A DNA stretch of 62,206 bases, filler included, from Sphacelaria rigidula (taxonomy: Eukaryota): the NCBI GenBank assembly GCA_964200075.2. It is 6 parts of 6 records of this genome, joined end to end, with 100 filler letters (N's around TTAATTAATTAA, not from the genome) between each part and the next. Parts side by side here need not be neighbours in the genome. Positions count along the whole stretch, not along the records: positions 31,156 to 41,439 come from CAXNAA020006788.1; positions 41,540 to 51,823 come from CAXNAA020006789.1; 4 more parts are not named here. One strand, 5' to 3'. A program made the position numbers and the translations under genes. The notes beneath the pieces are model-generated. The model did not search any database and was not told where the DNA came from. It saw nothing but the letters and a program-made list of their open reading frames with translations. This document shows positions 35,844 to 50,298 of this stretch, piece by piece. Within the stretch, counting starts at the first letter, position 1, and every line of letters starts with the position of its first letter.

Positions 35844-36040
35844 CCTGTAAGACGTGGGAGGACCGCGTGCTTTGGGGACCGCGTCGTAGTTCAAAACACC
35901 CCAGGATCGACGTTGTTCGAAACCAATCGGGTCAGTCCCTAATCCTAATCCCAACACTACCCCAAACCCTAGCCCAAACCATAGGGGTGTATAAACTCCG
36001 ATGCAGTCCCCGAAGCACGCGGTCCTCCCAGGCATTACGG
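35844..36040 (+). mobile_element. Diverged copy of the telomere-repeat-containing MITE
   Basis: GGGAGGACCGCGTGCTT and AAGCACGCGGTCCTCCC TIRs with a decayed CCCTAA tract at ~35937-35980. Confidence 0.8.
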
Positions 36041-36299
36041 TACCACCCTTGAAAACCAAAACACGGCGGAGTCAACGAAGTCGATCGAGCATTTCATTAC
36101 CAGCATACCGGAGAAGATGTTCAGATCATCTCTAAAAGTACGTTCTCAAAGAACTCCGACCCGAGTACGCCCACAACAGCGCTCAAATTGTCCATGGATG
36201 GTTCTTTGAGAGGACCAGCACCAGAGAATTATCCGCACAAGCCTGAACATCTTCGAGTTAACCCCTTCCAGATGCGATCGAAGTTTATTTCTGCTGTAC

Positions 36300-36970
36300 G
36301 GAGCTCAGCGTGGCGCCTCTGCACAATGAACCAGAGCGTCGAATGCACGAAATTCACTGACGCGCGGCATTTGCGCAGCAACGCCCTTCCAGTGTAGGCA
36401 TGGACACCCACTAAAGCAATAGTCCCGAACCCCCGTCGAAAAAGCGGAAAAGAAAAGGCGGCAAGCTGGCGCAGGGCACCGGACGGATCGAAGTTCATAC
36501 TCTGAGACAATATTACTCTTGTGATGTCGCAGTTCACTTCGGGGTAGAGCACGTGATCGCAAACATATCTTTCGTAGCGGCCTTACATGACTGCAATCTT
36601 CAGCCAACGTTCATTTTCGAAAGTCTGCAAGGTCCCTACATACGCGATTCAGGAGAAAGAGGTTATCTACTGGACATGTTTGGCATCGTTTCATCAACAG
36701 CGACAGCGAAAATACGGAGTCGCAGCTCAGATCCTCAAAGAACCTGGCTTGAGACAACCATTCAATAGTACAACGGCTATTTTGGCGTTGATTCAGCCCT
36801 TTTTTTCCGTTCCGGTTTTCAGCTGGGCTTACCCGCCTCACATGCCGTACGATCTGCACGATTTACAATGTTCTGGGATGATCCCTGGAAAGAATCACGA
36901 TTACAAACGTATCAGAGCCTGCAAGGAGAGAACATCGAGCGAGGTAGAAAATGGACAATTCGCTCAATGA
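36300..36970 (+). pseudogene. Possible decayed CMC-type (CACTA/Plavaka-like) transposase; further fragments may extend to ~40050
   Basis: Broken frames contain AWTPTKAIVP, PYIRDSGERGYLL and PYDLHDLQCSG, which loosely resemble the AW..LP, DxPE and DxxH..G motifs. Weak, by-eye only. Confidence 0.25.
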
Positions 36971-38174
36971 TTTTTCATCTGTTGTAGATCCACTATAATA
37001 GCCCTATCATGTATCGTGGCGCACCAGGTATTGATTGAACCCAAGAAGTCGCTGGTGATGCAAGTGTGAAGGGGTGTGAATGAGCGTCGGCAACGCGTGG
37101 CGTAACTCCGACATTTGGCCGTCGCTGCAACATCAAGTGACGTCTAGAAAATGACAGAACACGTGCTCACTCTTCCGATGTTTTATTTCCCACATCAGTA
37201 TATCGTGTCCTTCGAGCCGTGGGGTCAATCTAGAACGTTTTGCTCTTCGCAGCCGCAGGGATTGGCTATCGATGAACATCACCGGTGATGCGGTAGACTG
37301 TTTTGATTACTCGTACTGTATACCCCGCCGGGCATCGTTTTCGAGGAGAGGGGTGGTGAAATGTTTGGAAGTTCTTGGTACAACTCTGGTGGTGTGCGCA
37401 TATGGGGATATTGTTACGTGGAACATAATCTAGCAGACACAAGGACCAATAGACGACAGCTGGATACGAATCTGTTACTCGTGTTCCTTATGCCCCGATA
37501 CAACACGCAAGTCGTAGTCCACGTCCTTCCTGGGACGCCAAGTGACTGAACTCGCTTTGGACGCGTATCTCGCAGCTTTCACGTTTTCCCTCGCCAACCT
37601 GGACCATAAATTGCGAAACAAAGCTCAATTAGATATTTGCCGGGACATCTGGTCGCAATCCTAGCCCAGACACGGGAGCTACCACGCGTTCCTTGACAAA
37701 GACGAGTAGCTTCATACTGTGCACGCACTGCGGTGCGTACGCTGCACAATACTGACGGGAGGATGGGGGTGTACTCACGATTTGCATACCATAGTCAAAA
37801 GACCGTTGACCTCATATCCCTACAAAGTTGGGACGGAGCATGCCAGGGTTTCGCCGCACTAGGCTCGCAGTCAAGCGCAAAGGTCCGCGATGTGTTCGGC
37901 GAGTTGCATGAGGGATCAGCTGCATCCTGCTAAAATTGTTCGGCCCGAAACGTATTGATTATCTTGTACATGGGTGATAACCTCAAATGGGTTTCTTCAT
38001 TTTCTGGTATTCTGCCACTTCTAGAAATAGCTATGGGTGAAACACAGCCTTATCCGAGGAGACGGGAATTCCTGTGACGAAGCGTGTCAAATATTGAGTA
38101 TGAGCTTTTTTTTTCCTGTGCGAAATAAGGTGAAGGGGTTGCATTCTTGGGTTAATTGATCTGTACGATCCTTT

Positions 38175-38877
38175 CAAGGTTGTATTCTGTAGGGTAGGGT
38201 TGTTCTGGATACCCGAGGTATTTTCCCGGGTATATATCGTACCTGACGATTCTGTGACTTCTGTAAGACTTCCATACCGGTACCCAACAGTCCTGCAACC
38301 TCTGTGATGCTTTCATACCCCTACCCGATAGGAAGGTGAATTCTGTAAGCCTCCTGTATGATCACGGGGACACGGGTTTGCCCTTTACAAGATAGCCAGT
38401 TGTGGGTACGATTTTAGGTGCAACCTGCATGCCCTTCCCGACCGTTTTTGTGAGTTCTGCAAGTTTCTCATACCCTTACCCGACAGTTCTGTGAGTTCTG
38501 TACACAATTTTTACCCTCACCCGGGACGCAGGTATCCTTGAAGAAGTACCCGGTTGCCGGTACGGCTTTCTGCAAGCCTCCCAATTCCTACCCGACAAGT
38601 TCTGTGATGACTGTCAGACTCTCATACCGGTACTCGACAGCGCTGTATGCTTTGCAGGCCTCCCATACCCCTTTTCGAGATTGGGGTATACGGTTGTATG
38701 TATACCTTCGAAGAAATGTCCGGTTGCCGGCACGGATTCTGTCAGCCTCCAATACCCCACCCGACAAGTTCTGCAAACTCTGCAATACTTTCATACCGGT
38801 ACCCGACGATTCTGTAGGTTCTCCAAGGGATCTTACGCCGTACAGAACCCACCTGTACCCTGCAGCACGCAATCTTG
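38175..38877 (-). mobile_element. Full-length ACAGAAC-minisatellite MITE with an 8-bp TSD (hAT- or P-like)
   Basis: CAAGGTTGTATTCTGTAGGGTA...TACCCTGCAGCACGCAATCTTG. TSD GATCCTTT (38167-38174) and GATCTTTT (38878-38885). Confidence 0.88.
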
Positions 38878-40117
38878 GATCTTTTCTTTCCGATGGGAGC
38901 AGCATCCCCCAATTTACCGACAACGGTGAGCTCACGTCGTTCTCAGCGTCAAGTGGACCAACTTAACCGCATATTATCTCCCCGGTGGTCTGGACGGTGA
39001 TGGAAGCCTGATCCCAAACCTGACTTTCAAACCACCCAGCGAGGGAGGTGCAGGCGAATGACGGCATTCCTTGTCTGTCGGGCGATTGTGTTGAAAGTAC
39101 AACAAAACGGCAAAAACCATCGTGGCATGATCTACATCTAGCTACCCACACATCGCACCTTGGAGCATTGCACGTGGTGAGCGCTATCACAGTACGCTGT
39201 TGCTTCTGGGATGCATCACTAGCAGTGGATCCCTAGCTTGTGCTGGCGAAGGAGACGGTATCTCTTCGTACCCGCAACAGCAGCACCGGACCGCTGTCTG
39301 TACGTACTTCGGTATGCTAGCCCGCAATGCACCCTATTCGTGCAACAGTCAAAAGGAGGCGATCATTTGCGGCACCGCAGCAGTGAACGCAGTTTATCGT
39401 ACCTCTTGAAAATCTGAGTTGATCGCCGGTCAGAATTGCCTAGAATCGGCAACTCGACAATCGTACGCCTTGGAACGATTGCACGGGTTCTCTTCATTTG
39501 CACTTTTACAGCAAACTCATTTCCTGCTCATCATCAGGGCCAAACGTACGATTGTGAACCTGAAACCAATCATCACTTTCTTTCGATGTGGAGCAGAACC
39601 ATCATTACATTCGCCCGTTCCTCTGATGGAAAAACCGTCATGTTGTTTAAAGGTTTGTGGTCGCTCCTCATAAAATGCATCGAAGGAGAGATGGAAATCT
39701 CGTATCCCGAAGGAGTGTGCGGAAGGCAGCCCGTCCCGCGTGTTATTTTGACACCGAACCTCTGTGATATCGCTTCGCCTCCTTCGGCACCCCGTCGTGC
39801 TCTTGGCAAGTTATGCACACAGCCAGCAGCCAGCGCAAGACCGAGGACTACTCTTGGAAAGGTCGTTATGTCGTCGTCAGGCCGTCACCGGTTCAGCATT
39901 GTTCCGTCGGGTGTACACTAGATGAGATTGCAATATTCTGCGCCAGCAGCGTAACGATTCGTGTTTTCGCCCTTGGTCGTTTAGATCCCATATCCCCAAA
40001 CGATGCGCCGCTCGGACATATGATATCGTGATTCGACTCGTATGTAACGTCTGGATATATCCATTATACGGTTCACACACACGTTGTGATTTGTACATGT
40101 TTTGGGTTCGTGATTCC

Positions 40118-40332
40118 TACCTTCCATTCATACGGGGTGAGTCAAGCGTACATGGTTCCAATTTTTGTTCATGCAGCATGAATGATACGCACATGTCTCC
40201 CACCTTCCATTCATACAAGGTGAATCAAGCGTACATGTTTCCCCATTCCGTCCATGCAGCATGCATCATACGTACGTACATTTTCCCTATTATCCTTAAT
40301 ACGAGATGGATCAAGTGTACATCTTTCCCGCT
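40118..40332 (+). repeat. ~83-90-bp tandem repeat, about 2.5 copies
   Basis: ATAC..GGTGA.TCAAGCGTACAT..TTCC recurs near 40130, 40212 and 40300, and CATGCAGCATG recurs between them. Confidence 0.7.
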
Positions 40333-42155
40333 TCTCATGGGAGCTGGGCCGCCCAAGAACGCCACTCTCTTTCGGCCCGTTCTCACTGACGATGCATCGC
40401 AAGTTTTGCCTACTAGGACACGGGGGGGTGAGATATGCAAATCAACGCGTCTTTCAATCCACACAGCACTGCGATCCGACAGGTTCTCATCAAACGGAAT
40501 ACCAGACTGTAGTCAGCTGCGAAGTGTAGAGTTGAAGGTGAGGGCGTGTCTCAGCAGATCTTGTTTTGATCTAAAATACATGTGGGGTGTAGAAGGAAAA
40601 CACCGATCTGATGGGTCGAATGGTTCAACTATCGTAGTTTACTTTGAATATGGTCGAAAGCACGACGAATCAGACGGGAACTTTTGTTTTCCACCGCACT
40701 TTTTTTATCGGAAAATGATGTGTTTTGATACGGCCTGACATGTGCAGCGACATTAGAAGAAGAAAAAAAACTTCTGAAATCGAATTTTTGTTCACAGTCG
40801 GTTGTGCCGCGGCCGCAAGTCATGGTACCGCACAAGTTGTGGTTGTACGACAAGGCATGTCGTACTGCAGGCCCCCAGCGCGCCAAGGCATCTGGTGGTA
40901 GTGTGCAAGCCGGTGAGCCGTTGGTGAAGAAAGTTTGTAGGGAACGTTGAAGTTCTGGACGAGGTTGTTGCACTCTACAAGCAAGTCAACCGATGCTCGA
41001 CAGAAAAATGCAGTTGCGCTGCTCAATTTTTGGTCGTTTGATATGAAATTTCGACATCATGTACATGAAGTATGTGCAAAGCCCTCACTGTTCTCCCCTC
41101 ACTTTTGTTTTCTTCCCGTGAATTATCGGTGATCAACTTCTGAGTTGTGAACTGGTTTGGCTAACCAGTTAACTTGTTGCAAAAACTCACAACCAGTTAC
41201 AGCTATCGATTAAAACTGAATACCTGGCGAAGCCGCCAGCGTTGCCTGGCAAGGCAGTACCGGAGGCAAGAAAATTAAGCCATTTGGCTTCATATCCCTT
41301 CAAAATCGTGGTGAAATCTAGCTGCCTAGCGCCAGCAATTCGAGCAAATAGTCGGTGCACGCTATATATATACTTCCTCTGTCCCACAAGTCTGTATCGT
41401 TATGTTTGTACGAGCCCTTAACGATGTCCGATTTGATTTNNNNNNNNNNNNNNNNNNNNNNNNNNNNNNNNNNNNNNNNNNNNTTAATTAATTAANNNNN
41501 NNNNNNNNNNNNNNNNNNNNNNNNNNNNNNNNNNNNNNNCCCCCCTCTTTTTCCCCCACTTTTCGGGGGGGGGGTTTTTTATATTTTCCCCCCCACGCCC
41601 CCCCCCCCCCCCCCCCCCCCCAAGTATTTTAAGCTGGTGAGACGCCCATGAGGTAGTGTGTAACCCGTAGCTGTCTCTGAAAGTGGTGATACCAGAGAAC
41701 GAAGCAACCTATTCGAGGCTGACATCCATATGCAAGATATTCAGTACGTTTCGGGCCGAACAATTTTAGCAGGATGCAGCTGACCCTTCATGCCACTCGC
41801 CGAACACATCACGGCGCTTCGCGCTTGATGACTGCGAGCCTGGTCCGGCAAAGACCCGGCGTGCTCCGTCCTGGCTTTATAGGGATGCGAGGCCAGTGGC
41901 CTTATGACCACGTCATGCAAGATCATGATTACAATACACCCCCCAAAGTAATGAATTTTCGAGAATTTGAAACTGATGATCCGCTGGCGGAGGAGTTATT
42001 AAGCGTAACCTACGGTACGTGTTTTTGTTGTTTCATGTCCGAGCAGCATTAAACTTCTTCTTATTTCCCATTAATGAAGAAAAGTTGTGATCCCCTCATG
42101 TCCCTGACTTCCGATGTATAAGCTCATCCTTCTCATCACCGTTTTGATGACTCCT

Positions 42156-42210
42156 TACATACACATACATACATACATACATACATACACATACATACAT
42201 ACATACATAC
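42156..42210. repeat. (TACA)n microsatellite
   Basis: Directly visible. Nearby are a ~20-bp duplication at 42703-42743 and (TTGAT)n at ~42800-42840. Confidence 0.95.
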
Positions 42211-43640
42211 GCCCTTGAATCCCGCCTGTTGCGCTGGTGTTTCGTAGTAGTTGTATTTGACATTCAATTGGACGCCCGTTCTTCATCGCGTACCACATCT
42301 GGAAGATCCCTGACGTACGAATTGAACCCGCTTGTACGTTACTGTTCGCGGAGTGTTGTTGACATGCCTGTGACATCTCTCCGACCCCGTCCGTATCGTG
42401 AATTGGTCGCAAGTGTAGAAAAGCAATGCAGGCTTAACATCTGTCTCGCGCCAGCATACCTCAGATAGACCTCAAGTACACCGCTGGGAAGCGTGAAAAA
42501 TAACTCCTTTTGTTGAGCAATAGTGCATGACTTATCCAGGGGTCGGCACCACGTGGCACACGATATCTTGTCACACGGGGTGGTATTCGAAGACGGAGAG
42601 GGGCTGGTCAGATGTAGCGCCGGGGCTCCCGCCGTTAAAAGTGGGCCGTTGAAATTGTTCTGCAATGAGGTTTGATGGCCCGAAAGAAGTATGATATATT
42701 CATGCCCGTGTACCCTTAACCCTGCCCGTGTACCCTTAACCCTTCAACTGACTGGGCAGGCGCCCATTTGCGTCCCCATGTGTGCATTTGCGCACTATTG
42801 ACTTGCTTGATTTGATTTGACTTGATTTGATTTGATTTGTCGTTACGTTATCAGCTGATCCTCTGCGTATTTAGCCGTGGTCACCAAATACATGTACGCA
42901 CCCAAGCTTTGTCAACGGAAGGCACTCGCTGAAGAAAACTCGACACAAATGAGAAAATGTCAAAGGAGAAAGAGGAAACAGAGATGGTCGGGAAGAAAAG
43001 GGAAGAAAGACGCCAGGCTCAGATCTAGCACTCCAGCACTGGTCACGAGAAAAACATCCCCGGTGGGTCCCTGCCAAAGATTTGAGGGAAGGAGGCGTTG
43101 CGATAAGCAACGCTTGGAAGCAGGTTACGACTCAGCTCTCTCGGGACCACACTATGTGGGCAGGGATTCTCGCCGCCCAGCTCTGCAGCAGCGACACAAA
43201 GATCATCATGGCTCAGAGAGAGAGAGAGCAAAAAGGGAAGGGTGCAGAAAAGAAGGAAATGGATGAAGAGAGGCAAGAGAGAAGAACAGAAATAATATGA
43301 AATAAAAAAAAAGAGAGATATATACAAACGTCAAGGAAACAGAAGAGAAAATCCTGCCCCCGAGTCGTATGAAAGGAGCTAAGCATCCAGTGCTATCCTT
43401 CCGGTAGAAGCCAACCTGCTCGCAGTAGGAACTCGTGGTGCCACATGGCAATACGTTAATGTACCGGTAAGTGCTCCTGCTGAAGAGATCCCTAAGAGAT
43501 CCCTAGATGCGCGGTAGTCAAAGATTTACCTATGGCGCATGTTGATCCCCCCCCCCACTCCCTCCCCTCCCCCTTCAAATCGCTCCAACTCCTACCATCC
43601 GGCTGCTCCCGTCCGCCTTGCACCCCCTTACGGAGCAAAG

Positions 43641-46600
43641 ACAAGGCAGCGAAGCATGTGTTCGGTCTGCAGACGAGCCTGAGGTTGGGGCTGGTCAGGC
43701 TCATGTCCCTGACCTTCGTACTCTCCGCCTTCTTCAATAACACGCCTATCGTGGCCCTGCTGATCCCCATCACCGGAGATTGGGCGCGCACCCGCGGCTT
43801 CTCGCCGTCTAAGTTCCTGATGCCGCTGTCATTTTCGTGCATTTTTGGAGGCGTGATGACGGTCATCGGCACATCCACCAACCTGTTGATTTCTGGACTC
43901 GTGATCGATGAAGCTGCTCACGACCGTAGGATCCGGGGCGCGATAGGATTTTTCGAGCCAGGGTATATAGGTGAGGGACTGCGGCAGGTAGGGAGGCAGG
44001 GCTGGTCGAGGGGGGAGGAATCTTGTTTGAGATCGCTTGTAAGACCCTGTGTCGAGAGCGCGTTCCAGATGCTCCTGGGGTTTCAGTATTCCAATCATTC
44101 CCATACACAGCGTCCGCGAGGCGAATAACCGCTGCACCCCGGTGGACTAGCTGATGCGTTAAGGTTGAGGGTTCGAATTCCAGAAGATACGTTTTTTTTT
44201 TCTCCATTTTTGTGGGAGATGTCTGGTTTCTGCCGTTGAAAACATAATGTCGTGAGTAGTAGTGGTCTATTCGAGAGCCGACGCCGTGCGAGATTAGCGC
44301 TGTTAACAGTCATGATCCAATATGCGATACCAAAAATGTCAGGCATGTGTTGTGGCGGGGGTGGAGATGATTAGTTCATTCCCCGAGACTGCGAGTTCGT
44401 CCCGAGGAGGGGAGGGGGAATTGAAAATATGACGAGAAGGATAGACATCCACGAGAGGTCATTCTCCACGGCGAACGGCTTGCTGTCGATGCGGACCCCA
44501 CGATAGGCTCTCTCTCTCTCTCTCTCTCTCGGATTGAAGGAGTTATTTGTGCCTCTCTCTCACTACATTCATGGGGCCTGGGGTGGCCATTCTTTTTGTG
44601 AGCATAGTCTTCTAGGGTGCAATCATGTGGATCATGACATTTTCTAGACTCGTGTAGCGGATCACTCACCCTTCGCGTAGGAATGACGGGAGGGCGTCCC
44701 TAGTAGCTGTAAGATAGACCGTCGGTCACGCGACTTCCTTCGTGTATCGCATTTATGTTGTCCCATCGTGCGCGTGACGATGTGGCGTTTTCAGTGGGAG
44801 GGCGACATATTGGGGAGGGGGGGGGGGGGTGGAGAGAGATGTTCAGGCGTGTGACCCTGCGCGGAGCATTGTAGGTACCAGCGTGTGTTCTCAACTGTCT
44901 GCGATAAAACAACACGGTGGGACACGGTCGGGAGATATTCAAAATGGAATGATCCAGTGGGCTGTGATTGGTGGGCTCGATAGTCAACCACCGGTCGCCC
45001 GAGGCTACTGACCATCTACCCTGCGTGCGTCGCGGAACGTTCTTCGGGGCGTCTCCCGCTCGCCACAGCCGATCGACATATGTTGCGCCCCCCCCCCTCC
45101 CCCCTCCTGCGGCGGAACAGGAAGGGGGTAAGATGAATGGGATGAGATATGTCAAAGTTCATGTAATGTATCAAGAAAATGCATTTGGGGGCCCAAATGT
45201 TGGAGGTATGAAGTGTCCCCATGAGGAGTAGGAACGATGCTCCGTCTCAAAAGGAAGGCGTGGTCAATGTTCGAATAAGTGAGGCAAGCAACAAATGAGT
45301 ACGCCCCTCCTCTTTCGACATCATGCGGGATACGTGCGGAACAATGCGAGAGTAGTGAAACGAAGCAGGGTCATCATCCAAATCAGTCTCGTGAGGGAGG
45401 CGTTGGTGAAGTCATTCTCCAGTAGTGTTTGTGCGAGAAAATGATGTCTGTGTGGGTAGGTGTGTGTAGAAATGTCAAATGTTGTAGACTGAACTACTGA
45501 ACTATTCATCTTGTGCAGTGAAGATAGTCCTACCACATGAGTGGCAGCGTCGATAGTAAAATTTTTCAAATTAGATTGTGTTAGTCACCAGACAGATTCT
45601 CGTACACCAGGACAAAACCGAGGCTACCAAAACGACAACATGAAAACTCCCCCCCCCCCGTGCTCCGTCTCGGAAGGGATGCGTGGTCAATGGTCACACG
45701 ACTAAGGCAAGCAACACATGAGAACGCCCCCCGAGCTTGGTCCGGCGAAAATCCGGCGTCCTCCGCCGTGGCTTTGCAGGGATGCGAGTTCAGCGGTATT
45801 ATGACTATAGCATGCATGCTCATGAATACCCCCCCCCCCCCTCCCCTCGCACCTTTTTGTCCCTATTGTGGATTGATTACCTTTTATCGTGGCAGGTTTT
45901 CCATTGGCGATCGTCGGGATGCTTTATCTAGTCCTGGTTTCTCCGCTGGTGCTCCCAGATGATGCAACGGATGGTGCAACCGGCGCATCCCATGGAAGCG
46001 GCGGATGTCGCGAAGAGGAGTATTTGACAGAGGTGAAGACAGTTCATTTCCCCACTGGTATCTGAAAGTCAAAGAAGGCTAGGGCACGGTATGGGTGCCG
46101 GGACGAAGCAGTGTTTCAGGTACACCCTAAAATCGTCGATTGTTTTCACTTCGGCCGATAATCCAGGTGCCGTCAAATACTCCGCATTTTCGATAGGAGA
46201 TACCGGTACTCAGATGTCGCGGCATATCCAGTATCTCGGAAGTCGATAGGCCAAGTACACTGGGGTCCTGGTACAGGGAACACCGTCCAAACGCGGTGTG
46301 CTCTAGGGTACGGTGCCCTACCCGAACCACCATTGGTGCTGAAAGTCGTGTAAACGCTGTTGGTGAGCTTTCCGCCCGTCCTCCCACCTTGCGGGGGAAA
46401 GGATGCTTCTGAACCGTACTTCACGCGATGTAGAGGTCACATTGGTCGCACCCCCTACCCTGCCCCTCCTGTGAAGTACGGCGGAGAGGGGGTCATTACA
46501 ATTATGGATCACAATTATGGATATGGTGTATAGTTGGATCCGGGAATACGAGTATACGAACAAGAAGTGGGGAGAATAAGAAGTAGTAAACCTCTTTCAA

Positions 46601-49600
46601 GAAAGGCTGATCCGGGGAATTGTAGAGGGATCACGCTACTAAGCTCCGTCGGGGAAACATTTCCTGAGATTGTGAACGATGGAGTGGAAACGATGGTAGA
46701 GGAAAGAAAGAAAAATCAAAGAGGGGCAAGCAGGTTTTAGACCATACCGTAGCTGCGTAGACCGTGTGTGCACATTAGGTAAGATTGTTGGCAGGAAAGA
46801 CGCGGGACTAACAAAAAGCCTATGACACACTATGGAGAAGTGGGCGCTGAAAAAAGCTGGGGGAAACTAGGATCAGAGGGGTAATATGGAAAATGGTGAA
46901 AAATATGACAGAATGTGATTACGTGTTATGATGCTAGACGGAGAAATATCGAAATATTTTGATTATTTTCAAGGAGTTGCACGAGGATGTATGATATCAC
47001 CCACTATACTCAATATATTTATTAGTAACATGATGGTTGCAATATAAGCAACAAAGCAAGCAGTCAGTGTGGGGGAAGATACGGTATCGGGGTTAATGTT
47101 TACGGATAATTTCGTTGGAGTATCAGAAACACCAGAAGGATTGCAGGAACAATTGGAGAAGGACCTCGAACACACTAGTGGAAGCATGTGACAGCGATTG
47201 TAAAGAAATACGCTGTACTTGGATGTAACGATGATAGGGAAAACCCGGTAGAGTTCAAGTGGAATGAAGAAGAGGAACTACCGATCGTAGATCAGTATAC
47301 ATGCCTTGGCGTAGAGATATAAAGAAACTGTTCTTGGGATACACACATAGATGAAGAAATAGGGGAGGGTAAGGCGAACATAGATGATGGACGGGATACT
47401 CAGAGACTCGCACCTCGATACTAGGATAAAGATGTGTGCTCTGATTCATGTGATTGTACCGACGCCGGAATAGGCAGGAAAAGTACGGGAAGGGAAGGTG
47501 AAGTTGGTGAAGCAGCTGGAAACGTGACAGATGACAGCAGCTAAGAAAATACTTGGATGCTTGAATACGATTATTGATTCGACTGATTGATCTGATCGGT
47601 TGATTGTCGCACTTTGACTGACCCCCCAGGGATCCAGCCGTGGTCACATGGTTGATGTACCCGAGAAAAACAAAACTGATTCACTCGCTGAAGAAAAAGG
47701 AAGGAACAGAAAAAGTCGAACAGAACGATATAGAGACTAAGATGTGAAAAAAAAAAAGGAGTAACAGTATTAAAAGCGGAGTTGGGAATGTACACACTTG
47801 AAACAAGTAGAAACATGGGAGAATTGGAATGGAAGTATAGCGTAAAGAACATGCCAAGTAGCATTGGAGAGTAGAACTCATACAGAGGCATAATGTGAAC
47901 TATACGAGGAGGAATGAGACGTGTTAGAGGGGGAAATATAGGAAGTAAACGAAAGTGGTATGAAATCCGTTGATAGATCATCAGATGGTCGCGAGAAAAC
48001 GGTGGTTGTACTGGGAGATAGATGGTGGCCACAGTCGGCGAAACAAGAAGGGGGTAACACATGAAAAAGATATCTGTATATTTCATGGAAGAAACGTCAT
48101 GAGCGTCCAAGCGTCCAGATGTTGGAGGTATTCTGGTAGATGGTGGCCACAGTCGGCAAAACAAGAAGGGGGTAACGTGTGAAAAAGATATCTGTGTAAT
48201 GCATGGAAGAAACGTAATGGGCGTCCAAGCGTCCAAATGTTAGAGGTATCTTGGGAGTAGGGACGGTGCTCCGTCTCGAAAGGGATGCGTGTCGTCGATC
48301 TTCAAACGACTTCGGCAGTAAGTAACGAATGAGTACCCCCCCTCCCCTCTCCCTCCTCCGTACCTCCCCTCCCCTCCCCTTCCGTTGCTGCCCGTTGTCA
48401 CCCCGCTATCAATCGTTTGAAATATGTAAGGTGAGGCTGACTGATAAGTTCGAGCACCTTGGACAGCCTGTGGCCGCAGTATTGGCGCGGGTTGGCCTGC
48501 CCACGGAGACTCTCGTGAAGATACGACGAACGATCATACCGGATGATAGTGTCCATACGGCGCAGGATCATTCGTCACCCCCGGAAGATGTGTCATCCAC
48601 TACTCTTGTTTCTTCTTCTCCTGTCTTGAAAGTTGCTCATGCTGCTGTTGGAATGGATCATGACACCGCGGACCTCTGCGCAATTGAAAGCGCGTCTCCA
48701 TCACTGGGCGCAATTACTCCACCAGGGTCCAAAAGCACTGGCCATCTCGGCAATCGGAAAAGGCTAGGGGCCATCTGGCCTTCTTCGTCGAACAGCACGA
48801 CCGTGTATGGCTCGCCACGTGTACAGGCACGAAATAATCGAACCACTATTATTGCCGCCTCCACAGGCAGCAGTAGCGCTAGCTCGTGGGGCGGCGATCG
48901 CCCGGTAGCTGGTAATAGCCCGAACGCCGACCATCGCTGTGCGCGAGACAGCGCGGACGGTCATTCAGCGCGGTCAAGGTCATCCCGGTCAAGGTCATCC
49001 CGGTCGCCCTTGAGAAGTGTCATTTCGCCCGTCGGCGGCGGGACTGGCAACAGGATTGCGAGAAATTTAGGCGTCTTCACGGCGGAGAATGACGCTGAAC
49101 GAGAGGCGGCAAAGCAAAACAGAAGTGAGAACAGCGTGCATACGGCAGCAACCGTCGGCATAGACTGCTCCGGCTTCAGCCAGCATTTGCCGCTGATACC
49201 CATGACGCAGCACGTCGATATCTGTCCGGTCTCGCCCGCAGAAACCGTCCGAGAGGGCGACGTCCTTCTCTTGAGCTGCCCGAGGGATAGGATGGCCGAT
49301 TTTCAGGGGTTGATTTTGAGTCAGGGAGCTCAAGGTCTAGAGATATTGGACGACAGCGCTGTGGACGCGTCACAGCGGGGGGGCACCGCAATTTTTGAAG
49401 TCGTGCTGTCGGAGTCGAACAGTTGCGGTGAAAATTCGCCTCTTAGTGGGGTGGACGGGCGGCATCGACACGCCTCTCGGGTTTCCAGTTGTTTCAACTG
49501 CGGCGTGTTGGCCATTCGCCACGACTCCAGGAGCGAAGATGGCGACGATGGCAGTGGTCCGGACAGCAACGGAGATAGCTGTTGGGCTTCTACTGCCGCT

Positions 49601-50251
49601 GCCGCTACTTCGAGCCGTCAAGAGGAGATCACCACGTCGCCGATTTTCACCAATAGTCGGAATAGTAATAATAGTGCCGTTGGTGCCCACGGTGTGATGG
49701 CACGCAAGAGGCGACACAAGGGCGGATACTCTCAGGTCGCTGCGGATGTGGAAGGGAGTAGCCATGTGCAGAGCGACGCGAGGTTCGTGGGGACGGGCGT
49801 CAAGGGTTGTTCGACTGAACCCGGCGGATACCGAGAAGGAGGTGGGGGCGGTTCCGGTGCAGATGGCGATGGCGGGCGGGGGGATTACGCCGACGAGGCG
49901 GAGGTGATGCGACGGCCCTTGGCTTCAGGGGATTTTGTCCTCGTTTTGGCGGATGATGATTTCATGCGAAGGTGCGGAATTTGGCCTTGTTTTTCGTGGT
50001 GCTGATGTTGCCATGATCCATTGTTGCTATTATTCACACCCTGGACAAAATATTACATTGTCAAAAAAAATGTACTGCGTACAGTATGGGTATATTTTTC
50101 AATATATCCCATACTGTACGCAGTATATTTTTTGGCAATGTAATCCATTGTCCAGGGTGTGCTGTTGTTGTTGTTGTTGTTGTTGACACGTAGTCGCAGC
50201 ACGTCGATGAACACGTTGAAGAGTTGGTTTTGTGTTGTTGTGTGTGTGTTC

Positions 50252-50298
<47 letters not shown>

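Larger units (their letters stand above)
45238..48345 (+). repeat. Three copies of a short (~75-bp) repeat at 45238-45308, 45660-45732 and 48267-48342
   Basis: TGCTCCGTCTCG.AAGGGATGCGTG...AAGCAAC.AATGAGTAC.CCCC. Confidence 0.75.

Noticed and set aside
40118..40332. Repeat-spacer-like pattern
   Set aside because: The intervening segments resemble each other, so this is a tandem repeat.
41540..41621. Poly-C/poly-G tract as a regulatory G-quadruplex
   Set aside because: Homopolymer-rich sequence at a contig start looks like low-quality read end, as does 51924-52010.
44105..44201. tRNA gene
   Set aside because: Only a B-box-like arm is present, with no acceptor stem or cloverleaf. Kept only as a low-confidence SINE head.
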